Shown: positions 38,784-50,918 of the stretch, piece after piece | Layout of the letters: every line of letters begins with the position of its first letter | Position numbering within the stretch: position 1 is the stretch's first letter | DNA from: Octopus vulgaris | Taxonomy: Eukaryota | Direction of reading: 5' to 3' | DNA: 64,000 nucleotides | NCBI GenBank assembly: GCA_951406725.2 | Contig: OX597821.1 | Location: 69,254,001 to 69,318,000, forward strand | The notes under the pieces: generated by a model | The model's input: the letters and a program-made list of their open reading frames with translations, nothing else | What the model was told of the DNA's origin: nothing | Database searches by the model: none | Program-made: the position numbers and the translations under genes

Positions 38784-40092
38784 TAGATATGTATAAATAT
38801 AAAATCCACTGATTTTAATGTTATTGCTTAACAGGGATCTATTTAACCTACTTCCAACTTTACATATACTAGACATCCTATATTCCTTAGCTAGTATTTG
38901 TCTAGAGAGAATATTTTATTGCTTTTGTTGGCATACCTAGATTTCACTGTATAAGATATATTAAGGTGCCGAACTAGAAAAGCTGTTGTGTATGATGTGA
39001 GTTCAGAATTGTTTGTCTGCTTGTCTGCACTCTCCTTGTTAGAATGGATACAGTTGGATTGAATGAACATTTGATAGCCACCTACATGCCAAAGTGCACA
39101 AGTTATCCTGTATGTAATGCAGTGTGAAATCTTTAGACTACAATGTATTATTCAGGACATATTTGTCCAGCTGTTTACTAGACTTGTTTCATGAGTGGTA
39201 TTCAAAGGAGATTTGGTTGATGCACAATCCTTGGGATTTCTCATAATTCATTAATCCTTTAGCATTTAAACCAACCATATCCAGCCCAAGTATTCTACCT
39301 GTTTTTATGTTCAAACCAACAAGATCTGGCCTCTCACACCAACCGTACAATGTCATTCTAAAAATACATATCGCATCATTGGAATCTCAATGGTATGAGA
39401 TAATGCATAATTAACTGAAAACAGTGTGAATTACGTCTGACAGAGTAATCTGAATGCTCATATATTGAGGTGTTTTTTTTTTTCAATTGAGTCAGAAAAA
39501 AAATTGTATTGTATGATAGTAAGGTGCGTAATTCTGTTGTGTGAAAATGTACCGTAAAGTTGAAGGGCCCACATAAAAAATTGGCAAATATTGTCCATGA
39601 CCTGTGAACTCTTTTTAAACTAGCATTCTTTTATTATTGTGATCAAGTATGCTAGTGTGTGCTGGAAAAGTGTTTAACCTTGCAATCTTAAAGCTACAAG
39701 ATATTAAATGATTAACTTTAAAGAAGGTGAATAAATAAGCATTACATTTGACAAAGTAATCTGAATGCTAAAGGGTTAAGTGTTTTTGTTGTTTGGATAT
39801 TTTGCCTTGTAGACACAAGATTGTCAAGTTTTTCATCTTACTCCATTTTGCTATTTGATTTGAACTCTAGTCTGGTTGTGGTCTGCATGTGATGGTTGTT
39901 GGGCACCACAGATCACTCCAAAGGATGAAAGGCAAAGCCTAGGTCGACTTTGCCTTTTATCCTTTCGGGGTCAATAAATAAAGTACCAGTTACACACTGG
40001 GGTCGATCTAATCGACTTAATTCCTTTGTATGTCCTTGTTTGTCCCCTCTATGTTTAGCCCCTTGTGGGCAATAAAGAAATGATATCATTAA

Positions 40093-40889
40093 CCCATTAA
40101 CATTCAGATTATTCTGTCAAATATAATGCTCATGTATTAACATTATTTTCAATTACCATAAAACCCCATGTAATTTGCATACCTGTATAATTTACGCAGG
40201 TGATTTTCAGGATAAAATTTGTTAAAAAAACTTCTACTCATGTAAAATTTACATCCAAAAGTTTTCAGAATTGCTTATATGGCCAGGAAGAAAAGTTTTC
40301 AATTTAGTTGTATTTAGCATAATTTCACTTACTTATGATTAGATTTTATTAAATTTTCATTAAATAAAAATAATTTCTGTTTCACAGGTATCACATTAAA
40401 AGCTATTAAATTACAAAATGTTTGTGTTGTTTATAATAATATGGCCTGGACCGTGATTACCAGCATGAACATCAGACTTCAAAAAATAGGTAGCCATTTA
40501 ATGGTTTTAGTAAATTTATACAGAAAAAGCAAACATTATACCGTCCTGCATAAATTAAAGTCAACTTCATTATATTTAAGCCCTTATTTTTTCTGTAAAA
40601 ACCTATTCTGACACTAAATGGGTCAACTTCCGTTATGAATGTTTATGTTTTGCTTATCTTTTCTCAACGAAATAAATTTCTAAAAAAATTCTGGAAACGA
40701 TCTACTCATGTAATTTAAGTTTATTTTTAATTTTGGAAAAAAAATGCGTAAATTACATGGGTTTTTACGGTAATCATGCATTATCCCATAGCTTTAAGAT
40801 TTTGATGATGTGATTGTTTTTTAGAATGACTTTGTAGGTCATTCTAAAGGTGTGGAAGGCCAGATATGTATGTTTTAAATACTTACGGG
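40093..40889. mobile_element. Family A TTAA MITE split by an inserted TA-type MITE
   Basis: TTAA-CCC at 40089 and GGG-TTAA at 40887-40893. The two halves rejoin across 40156-40770. Confidence 0.75.
40156..40770. mobile_element. Non-autonomous Tc1/mariner (pogo-like) element
   Basis: TA-CCATAAAACCCCATGTAATTT...AAATTACATGGGTTTTTACGG-TA. Confidence 0.8.
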
Positions 40890-41640
40890 TTAAGCCCTTT
40901 ATTTACATGTATCCAATACCAGGTGAATCTCTTGATCAGTCACAAGTGATTTCTGCCTATCTATAAATTATATTTCTCCTCTGCATTTCGCAAATGATGT
41001 ATTGTTGTGCTCTTGAAACTCGTGTTTGCTAGATTATGTCGCTAAGTGTGGTATTGAGTATAGCATGGTGTTCTTTAGTATTGTTCATGAGTAATGAAAT
41101 CAGTGATAGTTTTGTTAATTTGTTCTGGTGTAACCAACATGGCAGCAGCTGTATATGTGATGTGCAGTGTCTGGTAGTGTGTGAAAATATGTCTTCAGCA
41201 CATTAAACAAAATGAGCAATGTTTATATTATGTGCAAAGACAGCAGGTTTGTGTGTTCTATGAATATGTGTTGTTACCTAGCTATAGGTCAATCTCGACT
41301 GAGCAAACTTATGATCAAAGGCATTCCAATCATGACCATCTTATCTTTTATAAGGTTTTCTAGGACTACATTAACTAATCTGTCCTTAGCTTTTTTTTGT
41401 CAAGACGTCTGAGAGTGATAATCCACTGCCTTACTATGATATTTGTACTCATGTATGTATTGTTGTGTTGTACTATATTGTATTGTGTATTGCACTTAGA
41501 TGTGTGTGTAGTATAATGCATTGTGTGTGTAGCATTGTATTGTATTGTGTTCTTCGTATCATGTGTTATATTGTGTTGCATATGTTTCATTATATTGTCT
41601 GGAGGTATTTGGTTGTTCATGAGTTTCAAGAAATATGTAT

Positions 41641-41870
41641 TTCTTATTTCTTTATTGCCCACAAGGGGCTAAACATAGAGGGGACAAACAAGGACAAACA
41701 AAGGGATTAAGTTGATTACCAGTGTGTAACTGGTACTTAATTTATTGACTCCGAAAAAATGAAAGGCAAAGTCAACCTCAGTAGAATTTGAACTCGGAAC
41801 GTAACAGCAGATGAAATACCGCTAAGCATTTCACCCGGCATGTTAACGTTTCTGCCAGCTCGCCGCCTTT
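41641..41870 (-). mobile_element. Full-length Meta/MESC-like SINE
   Basis: Reverse complement of 26731-26964. Confidence 0.85.
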
Positions 41871-42099
41871 ACTATATTTCTGAATGTGTATAAGTATATT
41901 TGTCTGTCTGTATATTCTCAGTTTGTCCACATTTTTGTGTTTGTGTGTTTGTTAGGTATAATTAAAAGAATCCAGGTTATGTCTCAGTTAATATTTGATG
42001 GTAGCTCTGCTAAATGATTTTAAAATCTGTTAGTCAGGTGGGATTGTAATGTACCTTAAAAAACATCTTAGTGAATTAGTGATTCAGAGCTTTGGCACT

Positions 42100-43170
42100 G
42101 ACAGGAAAACATTCAGCCATATTCTACACCTAATTGAATCTCCACTCCTGCAGAAAAATCCTTCTACTGATGAACTTGTTGTATCTCTCCCCCTCAAAGT
42201 TTTTTTTATTTTGTCTTTTTGATGTCTGGTAAAAGTAGTAGCGAAGTGCCTTTGTGCTTTTCTAGTGTCAGCTTTATGGCAAGTAGCTCTCATTCCCATC
42301 TAACATGATAATTAAATATATTTCCACTCTTAAATAATTAAATATATCTTCCTCCTTAAGTGGGCTAATAGAAAAGTATTTGATCTTAGTCCCTTCAGTT
42401 GTGTCCCTTATGCAACCACTTTCTATAAATAGTAGACAGAAGAAAACTGCTTGTCCTTCCTGGAAGGTGGTGGAACAATCTTCACAATGGACTTGGCCAA
42501 TGGTCAAATCCATCCAGTGGGTAGTAATAGCTGTTTGACATGATCTACAAGTTAATAATTCTTGGGACACTGAATGAGTGCATGCAGAATGGTTTCATTA
42601 CTCTGCTCACATTTCAGGCAGATGAAGCTGACAGCATATTACATACCTGTAGAGGTTGTTTTAAACTAGCAGTGCACCCCAGTGGCAGTATCAGGTTAGG
42701 GATTTCTGGAAGTCATCTATGGTCTTTGGACTGAAAGTCTTCCAAAATAGGACAGCCATTTCACTCAGAGTTTACCCTAGAATGTTGTTCTTCTTCACCA
42801 CTAGTCCTCTATTGAAAACTATTATGGAAGTTCCATCTCTTGCATTACCTGGCTGGTAGATGGCAACATTCCAAATACTAGACACGTAGTCTTGGGCTTT
42901 GCTTGACTCAGGACTGCAGTTCCAGTGAGGAGACATGAGTGACAACACCTGTTCAATATACAGATACATGTCGTCAACTTAGGTATAATAGTTCCCCAGT
43001 TTAGAGGATCTTGGCAGCAGGTCAATAACCTGACCATCAGGACACGCCCCTTCTACAAGATGCAAAAGAACAGATGCATCAGTATTGTCAAACAAAACTA
43101 TGGCATGATGGTCAAGTGTTAGTACATAAGAAAAGTGATGTACATGTCTACCATTTCTGCTTACCATTTC
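42100..43170 (-). mobile_element. Degenerate Tx1/L1-clade ORF2 C-terminal remnant
   Basis: CLKCEQSNETILHALIQCP CCHC knuckle at 42564-42620. Upstream VRLLTCCQDPLNWGT resembles the GGLG region. Many stops and frameshifts. Confidence 0.7.
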
Positions 43171-43363
43171 AGGAATAGCCTCCTCTCAGTCCATTTCTGG
43201 AATAATCATAATAATAATAAATTTGTACCCCAATGTCACTTTGATGGCATGTGCTGCTCTCTCTCTCTCTCTCTCTCAATAATAATAATATTAATAGTGA
43301 TAACATAGCTAAGTATAAGTTAATTTGAGATTGTATTAGAAGTACAGCCTTGAAAGAACATTG

Positions 43364-43527
43364 AAATGGTACAAGCATAACCAGATGTTGCCGAGAATAA
43401 TGTGTATAAGATCTTGTAGGATTTTACGATTCAATGAGATTGAGTGATTGATGCTCAGAGAGCAGACATTGTTGTAATTGATAAAATGATGAAGGAAACC
43501 AAGATCATAGGTACTGTCATACCTTGA
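43364..43527 (+). mobile_element. R4/Dong-like restriction-like endonuclease remnant
   Basis: KWYKH/PDVAENNVYKIL*DFTIQ*D*VIDAQRADIVVIDKMMKETKIIGTVIP resembles the KILWDF.IQTD..I.ARRPDIVVIDK motif. Confidence 0.7.
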
Positions 43528-44816
43528 AACAAGGGCAAAGATGATGGCGGTAATGACAAATTACAAAATAATAACTTGGTAACAGGCCTAACATGCAGCC
43601 TGGTTTAAATAACTTACCAGGTCTTTGGTGATTTTTATTAAAGTTTACTCTGTTGCATGCATCTGTACAAGACTTTTCCCCCTCCTTAACTGTGTGTTTC
43701 TGGCAGAAATTCAGACTGAATATCTGATCCCTCAATCTGAGAAGTCTGGGAGGGCCTGTAAAGTTATGAGTATGGCCCCATCTTCTGATAAAGTTATTAA
43801 AAGAAAAAGAAAAGAGACTTATTTTATTGACCCCAGAAAATCAAATGATTGAGATTACTTTGTGGTATTTGCCTATAAAGGGATGCAACTAAATAGGAGA
43901 AGACACTGAACCCTTTCATTACCATATTTCTGTTGAAATACATTCACTTCATTTCAAATGATTTTGAAAAGGATTGAGAAATTAGTAAAATAACTTTCTC
44001 ATTATAAAGCTGGTGTTTGAAAAGGTAAATTGGTATGAAAATTTGTTGGAAGAATTTTATTCTAGATTACTTTAAAACATGAAGCTTGTATCACAGAGCT
44101 TTGGCTGGTTGGTATCAAAATGGTTAATCTACGTCAGTATAACACTCCACTTCTTAATATGAATGAAACAAAAGCACTTCGTTAATATACTTATTTGGTT
44201 AATGAGCAGCTCACATTTTACATGTAGTACTTTTGTTCATTAGTTATCAACCTGTTATTGTGCAACTCCAGACAGTTGATACTTGAAGATAGTAACTGAT
44301 TGAATACAGGTGTACCATTCAGATATATCATGGCTTTGTCTTACCTGGGATAATAAATAAGTTTAAAAAATCTGGTATGGCAACAGCCCTTCTATGATTG
44401 TTTTTCTCACTGTTTTAGCTGTGGCCTTCACATTGTCATTAAGGCCATGCTAACTTTCAATTGAGATCTTTAGCCCATGGTAAGGTTGTGGTGGTAGTTG
44501 TTTATCTCCAGATCAGGTTTGATCTAGTAGTCCTATACAACTGAGGAAGTTTGATTATATTATATATAAACTGTATTGCTGGGTGGAAGTGCTTGTCTCC
44601 ACTTTGAAAGCAGAAGGACACAGGAAATATATCAAGTCCAACAGGAAACGGTGTTTCTTAGGGTTAAATAACAGTAGCATTCTTCCCTTTTATGGAACTG
44701 TCACATTAAGTTGACAACATTGTATCACTTTATTGTGCTGCTACTGCATAAATCTCTCTGAGAGATTTAGAAATATATTATATCTATGATCCAGTGTGTC
44801 CTTCACTTTTGTAATA

Positions 44817-45049
44817 CAGTAATCCCTCGACTATGAAGGGGGTGTCATGTTCCAAAACCACCCCCCCGCGATAGGTGAAAATCTGAGGAGTAGAAACAGT
44901 ACTGTACTGTATATTCTTTTTTTTTTATTATTTTTCAAATTTATATATATTAATTTTATCATAAATGCAAAACAACACCACGGAGGTATCGACGTAAGCT
45001 TAAATAATAAACCATGATAGGTGAACTGTGATATGGCGAGGGATTAGTG
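44817..45049. mobile_element. Tigger-like MITE
   Basis: TA-CAGTAATCCCTCG...CGAGGGATTAGTG-TA. Confidence 0.8.
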
Positions 45050-47545
45050 TAATGCAAAATATGATTTGAAGGAGATAAGGCTGCTATTTCTGGCAGGTCA
45101 AACAATCAGATAGTAATTCCTGGAGTGTTAGTTTGAGAGAACTAGCAGAATATTAGGCTAAAAACATCAGAGTGTCTAGTTTCTTTAGATTTGAAGTTCA
45201 AATTTTTCGTTGGAGTTTACTTTGCCTTTTATTTTTGCAGTGATCAATAAAATGACAGCTGTTGCTGTTTTGCCCTTGGTCAGTCCTGATAGAAACGATC
45301 TGTTACAAGCATTTTAGTCTTGACCATACAATTGTATTAGGATAATCTAGCACATCCAATAAATTTTTGCCTTGTTTAAGTTGATGAGTTTTGTTTTGAG
45401 AGAAAAATTTAGCTGCTATTTCTAGGAGACCAAGCAACAAAGCACTGGCTTGAATAAGTACAGTAATTGTGGGATGCAGAAATACTACCCACAACATGTC
45501 ACAGTAAATGCTGGTTGCTTTTGTTGCTGTTTAGCCCCAGGTTCCAGCCATGACTCTTATTTTCTGACCTGATATATCTAGGACCACATTCTTCAGTATG
45601 TGCTCCCTTTTCTTTTTAAGACGGCATGAGTTTATGGATACTTGGCTGCTAATTCTAGCAAGCCAAGCATTCATATAGAGGTTCCTTTATTGGCTTAGAT
45701 AGATAATAGCAATACACTGAGGTTGTGTTTCTCAACCTTGGCTTCTAAAATCCCTTTTTGGGGCTGCTGAGAATTTCTTATCAGTATCACTATGGAAGGT
45801 TTTAGGGAGAAGCGCTGTCCTATTCAACTTGCCATCTAAGGGATGTTGGACTAACAGTAAGGTTGGGAAACACTGTACTAGGATCTGTTGTGCAGAATTC
45901 AGAATTTTTAGTAGCATGCCATTAATGGATTATGCATTATGGTACCGGCTATTCATGAATGTGTATGAGAGAGAGAGAAAGAAAGAGAGAGTGTGTGCGT
46001 GTGTGCATATGTCAGTTATAATTGTACCCAGTGTACTTTAAATGTGTATTTAATCGAGGTACAATGAAATTAATGCAGCCAAGTTCAGTGAGGGTTGGTG
46101 TGTGGTGATACACTAAGAATAAAAGAGAATTGAGAAAACAGCTTTTTTTTTTTTTTTTGTAGTGTGTGTGTAGATGGACAAAACCTAGTGGGTCTTACTC
46201 ACTTGTCTGTCTCTTGCTTTTTATTAGGTAGGAGGGGCATATGTTGAAATGGTGATAACAAACATGAGAAGGAGGAAGGAGGAGAGATTGTATGTGTAAG
46301 GCCACATTTTTGCTGACTGCCATATTTTTTAACGGGGATTTCATTGTAAAACTTTGTGGTCATAATGGAGACAATTCTGAATTCCTAATGATAAAAACCT
46401 TGATCTTGAAGGAAACCCTGAACCCTTTCATCTACTACCTGTGAACAATGTCTGCCTGTCAGTCTATCTGTCTCCCCACCCACTTCATTAGCAGTATATA
46501 TAATAATAACAATAATAATAACGCTCATTTTTTGAGAGTATCGTTGATCAGATATACTGCGAATGAAAGAGGTTATATTCTCTGTATATTTATTATCGGT
46601 AATGCATTTTTCTCCTTTAATTACAAAACACAGCATGACTGTATTTATACTCATGTCATTTGCAATATGAAGCACAAGCCCATAAAGCTGGCTCTATGTA
46701 GCTGCTCACTCTGCTAGAAATAGCAGCCAAGTTCCATCCAGTTCGCACCCACCTACCTGCAATCTTAAAAAGAGAAGAGAATGATGAATATTGGTAGTTG
46801 TTGCTTACTGTCTGCAAAAAAAAAAAGAGAAAAAAAACAGAAAAGGAAAAAAGAAATGTAAAAGAAGGCTGGGACAATCATGGCTGCAACACTTTTGATT
46901 ATCAGGGCTGACCCGGGGCTGAACAGCGACAACTACAGTTGTATGAATATTTTAGTTGCCATTATGATAATGTTATAGAATACCCGGTTTGGATACTCAG
47001 TATAATTTATAATGCTCAGAATACCTATTACTACCTGACAGCCTTTTGCCTAGCTTATAATAATGCTTAATAAAGTACACTATTGGTCTCGTACATTCTG
47101 TGTGTTTGCACAGTTTTACTACCCATATTTAAACCACTGGTGGCATGCGTGTGCATACACACACACACACACACTCATGCATACATACTGGTTAGTTTGG
47201 CTAGCAGAGTGGAAGTAGGCAAAAAAAAAAAAATGGGGTGGGGGAGAAAAAGACGGTGGAAGGCCACAGCTACTGATATACAGGTGTTAGAAACAGTATT
47301 ACACTGCAGCCATCCAGCCTTGTTTTAAGCAAAGAAGAAGGTGAAAGAAGTGCTGTTGCTAGCAGTAGCATCTTTTATGACTCTGCTATTATAATTGTGT
47401 GTGTGTGTGTGTGAGAGAGAGACCTGCTACTGTGCTATGGTAACGATCGCCGGAGCTGAAGCAGCAATGACAACGACAGCAGCTGCAACAGCAGTAGTCA
47501 GTGATGAGATGGAGGAGAAGGGAAGCGGCTGCAAAAACCCCCCCG

Positions 47546-47547
<2 letters not shown>

Positions 47548-47599
<52 letters not shown>

Positions 47600-48382
47600 T
47601 ATGCACGCGCACACACACGAACACGCACACACACACATCTAATCTTTAAATGTTTGTTGCTTTAATAGACTATCATATCTCTTTATATGTGATGTGCAGG
47701 GGGTTTTTGTTTCCTTTTTCGCTTCTCAGGATGAAGACAGTGACACGGGGAGGGGGGGAAGGAGAAAGGTGCCGGGGAGAGAAAGAAAAAAAGAGAGACA
47801 GCGAAGACAAGAAAGGAGAGCAAGAGAGACTTCAGTCTTTTATATTCCTGTATTCTTTCCTTTGTGCTCCTTTCTCTTGCTATATCTCTCTATCACTCTC
47901 TCTCTCTCTCTCACTTTTTCTCTCTCTCTTTCTCACTTTCTCTCTCTCTCTCTTTCTCACTTTCTCTTTCTGTCTCTCTCTCTCTCTCTTTCTCTGTCTT
48001 TCTCTCTTTCTCACTTTCTCTTTCTGTCTTTCTCTCTCTCTTGTTCTATTATCACTCTCTCTCTTTCTTGTTCTAGTGATCTCTACATTCATCTCCCATC
48101 CTTTCCACACTATCTCTACTTCTTCTAATCTCTCCTTCTCTCTCTCTCTCTCTCTGTTTTATCTGTTATTCACCTTCCTTCATCTCCTTCTCACTCTTAT
48201 CTCTTATTCTCTCCTTGCTTTCCCTTTTCTTCTTATCTTCTACATTTTCTTTCTCTATCTTATTTCCCCACTCTCCTTGTCTCTCTTCTTTCACACTAAT
48301 TTCAGCCTTATTTCTTTTCACAATGATAGCAGGCTGTTCCCCTCTTAATTCTATCTATCCCCACCACCTCTATTACGCACGT

Positions 48383-48440
<58 letters not shown>
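47548..48440. repeat. (CA)n, GA-rich, long (CT)-rich and (CA)n low-complexity block
   Basis: Read directly. Explains the S/L/F-rich pseudo-ORFs here. Confidence 0.9.
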
Positions 48441-48442
<2 letters not shown>

Positions 48443-49103
48443 ACCTTAAAATTATGTATTGATCTCTTAGTGCTAAGTTGTTTAGCTAAAACTCCTATTT
48501 CTCTTGGTGCCTGCCTCCATCTCAAACAAACTAAGCTGCCACCTAGACCAGCTTCTGTCAGCTTCCTCACTTTTCAAACTCCAGGAAAGACCACTCTCTG
48601 CAAGGAACTGGTGTCCTGTGTACTTTAGCAGTGCATATTCTGCTTGAATTATTATAGATTTTCTGTTTTTTTTTTGTTTTTTTCAATTCCTAAAAATATA
48701 CTAATTTCATGCATCACTTTCTTTTTTCCTTCCTTTTTTAATTTCTTTTCCTCTTCCTCATCACCATTATTGTCACCGTTGCCGATTTTTGTCCATCTCA
48801 GAAAGTATTGCATACATCATTGTGTGTTTCATGGATGAGCTTGTATCATGTTATTGCAAATATAGAAGCAAAATGATGGATGTCTAGCAGACCTACCCAC
48901 CTATATAACTAAATCCAGTTAGCATAATAAAAAATAGTTACATCATTATTTACCTTTCATTTTTTACATTTTAGCTTCCCTTTTTTCTTATCCTTTATGT
49001 CTTTCTGCAATTACTTGAAAACTGATCAACATGTCCCTTCGAAGCAAACAGTAATGGTTGTAATAATAATGATAATATATATTATAATAATAATAATGAT
49101 AAT

Positions 49104-49148
<45 letters not shown>

Positions 49149-49151
49149 AAT

Positions 49152-49380
49152 AAGGTGAGCTGGCAGAAACGTTAACATGCCGGGTGAAATGCTTAGCGGA
49201 ATTTCATCTGCCGTTACATTCTGAGTTCAAATTCCGCCGAGGTCAGCTTTGCCTTTCATCCTTTCGGTGTCGATAAATTAAGTACCAGTTACGCACTGGG
49301 GTCGATGTAATCGACTTAATCCCTTTGTCTGTCCTTGTTTGTCCCCTCTATGTTTAGCCCCTTGTGGGCAATAAAGGAAA
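49152..49380 (+). mobile_element. Young full-length Meta/MESC-like SINE
   Basis: Near-identical to 26731-26964. Confidence 0.88.
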
Positions 49381-49936
49381 AAAAAATTATATGTATATAA
49401 AATAACATAGATGACATTTGTAATGTTCTGAAATCTCACAATGGGTTTATACAAAATTTATTATTTTCAATGAATTTATTGCACAAGTTCAGCACACAAG
49501 TAGAGGGGAAATTCACGGCCATTAAAATTTATAAATTCAAATCCTGGTTATGGCACACACACCCTTCCCTACAGGGCATGGACAGTTTACTTGACTAAAA
49601 AGCTCTGTCTTTGATGGTGAGCATAGGGAATAATTCCTCCTCCTCAATAATAATAATTTCTTCTACAGGCACAAGGCTTACCACCTTAATAATAATAATA
49701 ATAATAATGTTTTCAAATTTTTTCCACAAAGGCAACAAGTTTGGGGGAGGGGATGACTCAATTATATTGACCCTAATGTTCAAGTGGTACTTATTTTATC
49801 GACCCTGAAAGGATGAAAGGCAAAGTCGACCTTGGCAGAATTTGAACTCAACATAGTGATGGGTGAAATACAGCTATGCATTTCATCTGGCTTGCTAACA
49901 ATTCTGCCAGCTTGCCATGCTCCTTAATAATAATGT

Positions 49937-50560
49937 TCATCATCATCATCATCATCATTGTTTAATGTCTGTTTTCCATGCTGGCATGGGTTGGATGGTT
50001 TGACTGAGGTCTAGAAAGCCAGCGGCTGTACCAAACTCCAGTCTGATCTGGCAATGTTTCTACAGCTGGATGCCCTTCCTAACGCCAACCACTCTGAGAG
50101 TAGTGGGTACTTTTTACATGCCACTGGCACAGGAGCCAGTCTAGCAGCCCTGGCCATTGATCACGTTCAGATATGGCTTTTTACATGCCACCAGCACAGG
50201 CGCCAGTCAGAGTACACTGGCATCAACCATGTTTGGATGGTGCTTTTTCCATGTTACTGGCACAGGAGCCAGTCAGGGGGCACTAACATCAACCACGTTT
50301 GGATGGTGCATTTTATGTGCCACCGGCATGGGAGTCAGTCACAGGGGCACTGGTCACAGCTACGATTTTGGTTTTACTTGACTCAACAGGTCTTCTCTAG
50401 CATATCATATCGCCTGATGCATCAAGGGTACTTTTAAATGGGTCAGATATGCAACACTGGTATCAGCCATGGCTGCGATCTCACTTTAGTTTTCAGATCT
50501 TCTCAATCACAGCATATCTCCAAAGGTCTCAGTCTCCTGTCATTGCCTCTGTGAGGCCCA
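49937..50560 (-). mobile_element. RTE 3' end with diverged 67-bp units
   Basis: (CAT)n tail, GGATGCCCTTCCTAACGCCAACCAC, about 4 TGCCACYGGCA units, then AAAGGTCTC...GTGAGGCC as at the ORF end of 55210-55250. Confidence 0.75.
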
Positions 50561-50795
50561 AAATAATAATAATAATAATCCTTTCTACTATAGACACAAG
50601 GCCTGAAATTTTAGAGGAAGGGAATAGTTGATTACATTGACCCCAGTATTTCATTGTATTTCATTGGTACTTAATTTATCGATCCTGAAAGGATGAAAGG
50701 CAACCTCAGTGGAATTTGAACTCAGAACATAATGTCAGGCAAAATACAGCTAAGCATTTAGCCCGGCATGCTAATGAGTCTGCCAGCTTGCCACC

Positions 50796-50797
<2 letters not shown>

Positions 50798-50829
<32 letters not shown>

Positions 50830-50875
50830 TGATGATAATTATGACGACGACGATCATCATCATCATCACCATCAC

Positions 50876-50914
<39 letters not shown>
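50798..50914. repeat. (AAT)n(GAT)n(GAC)n(CAT)n compound trinucleotide repeat between divergent SINEs
   Basis: Read directly. Confidence 0.9.

Positions 50915-50918
<4 letters not shown>

Noticed and set aside
47650-48348. 232-aa S/L/F-rich ORF
   Set aside because: It is the translation of a CT microsatellite.
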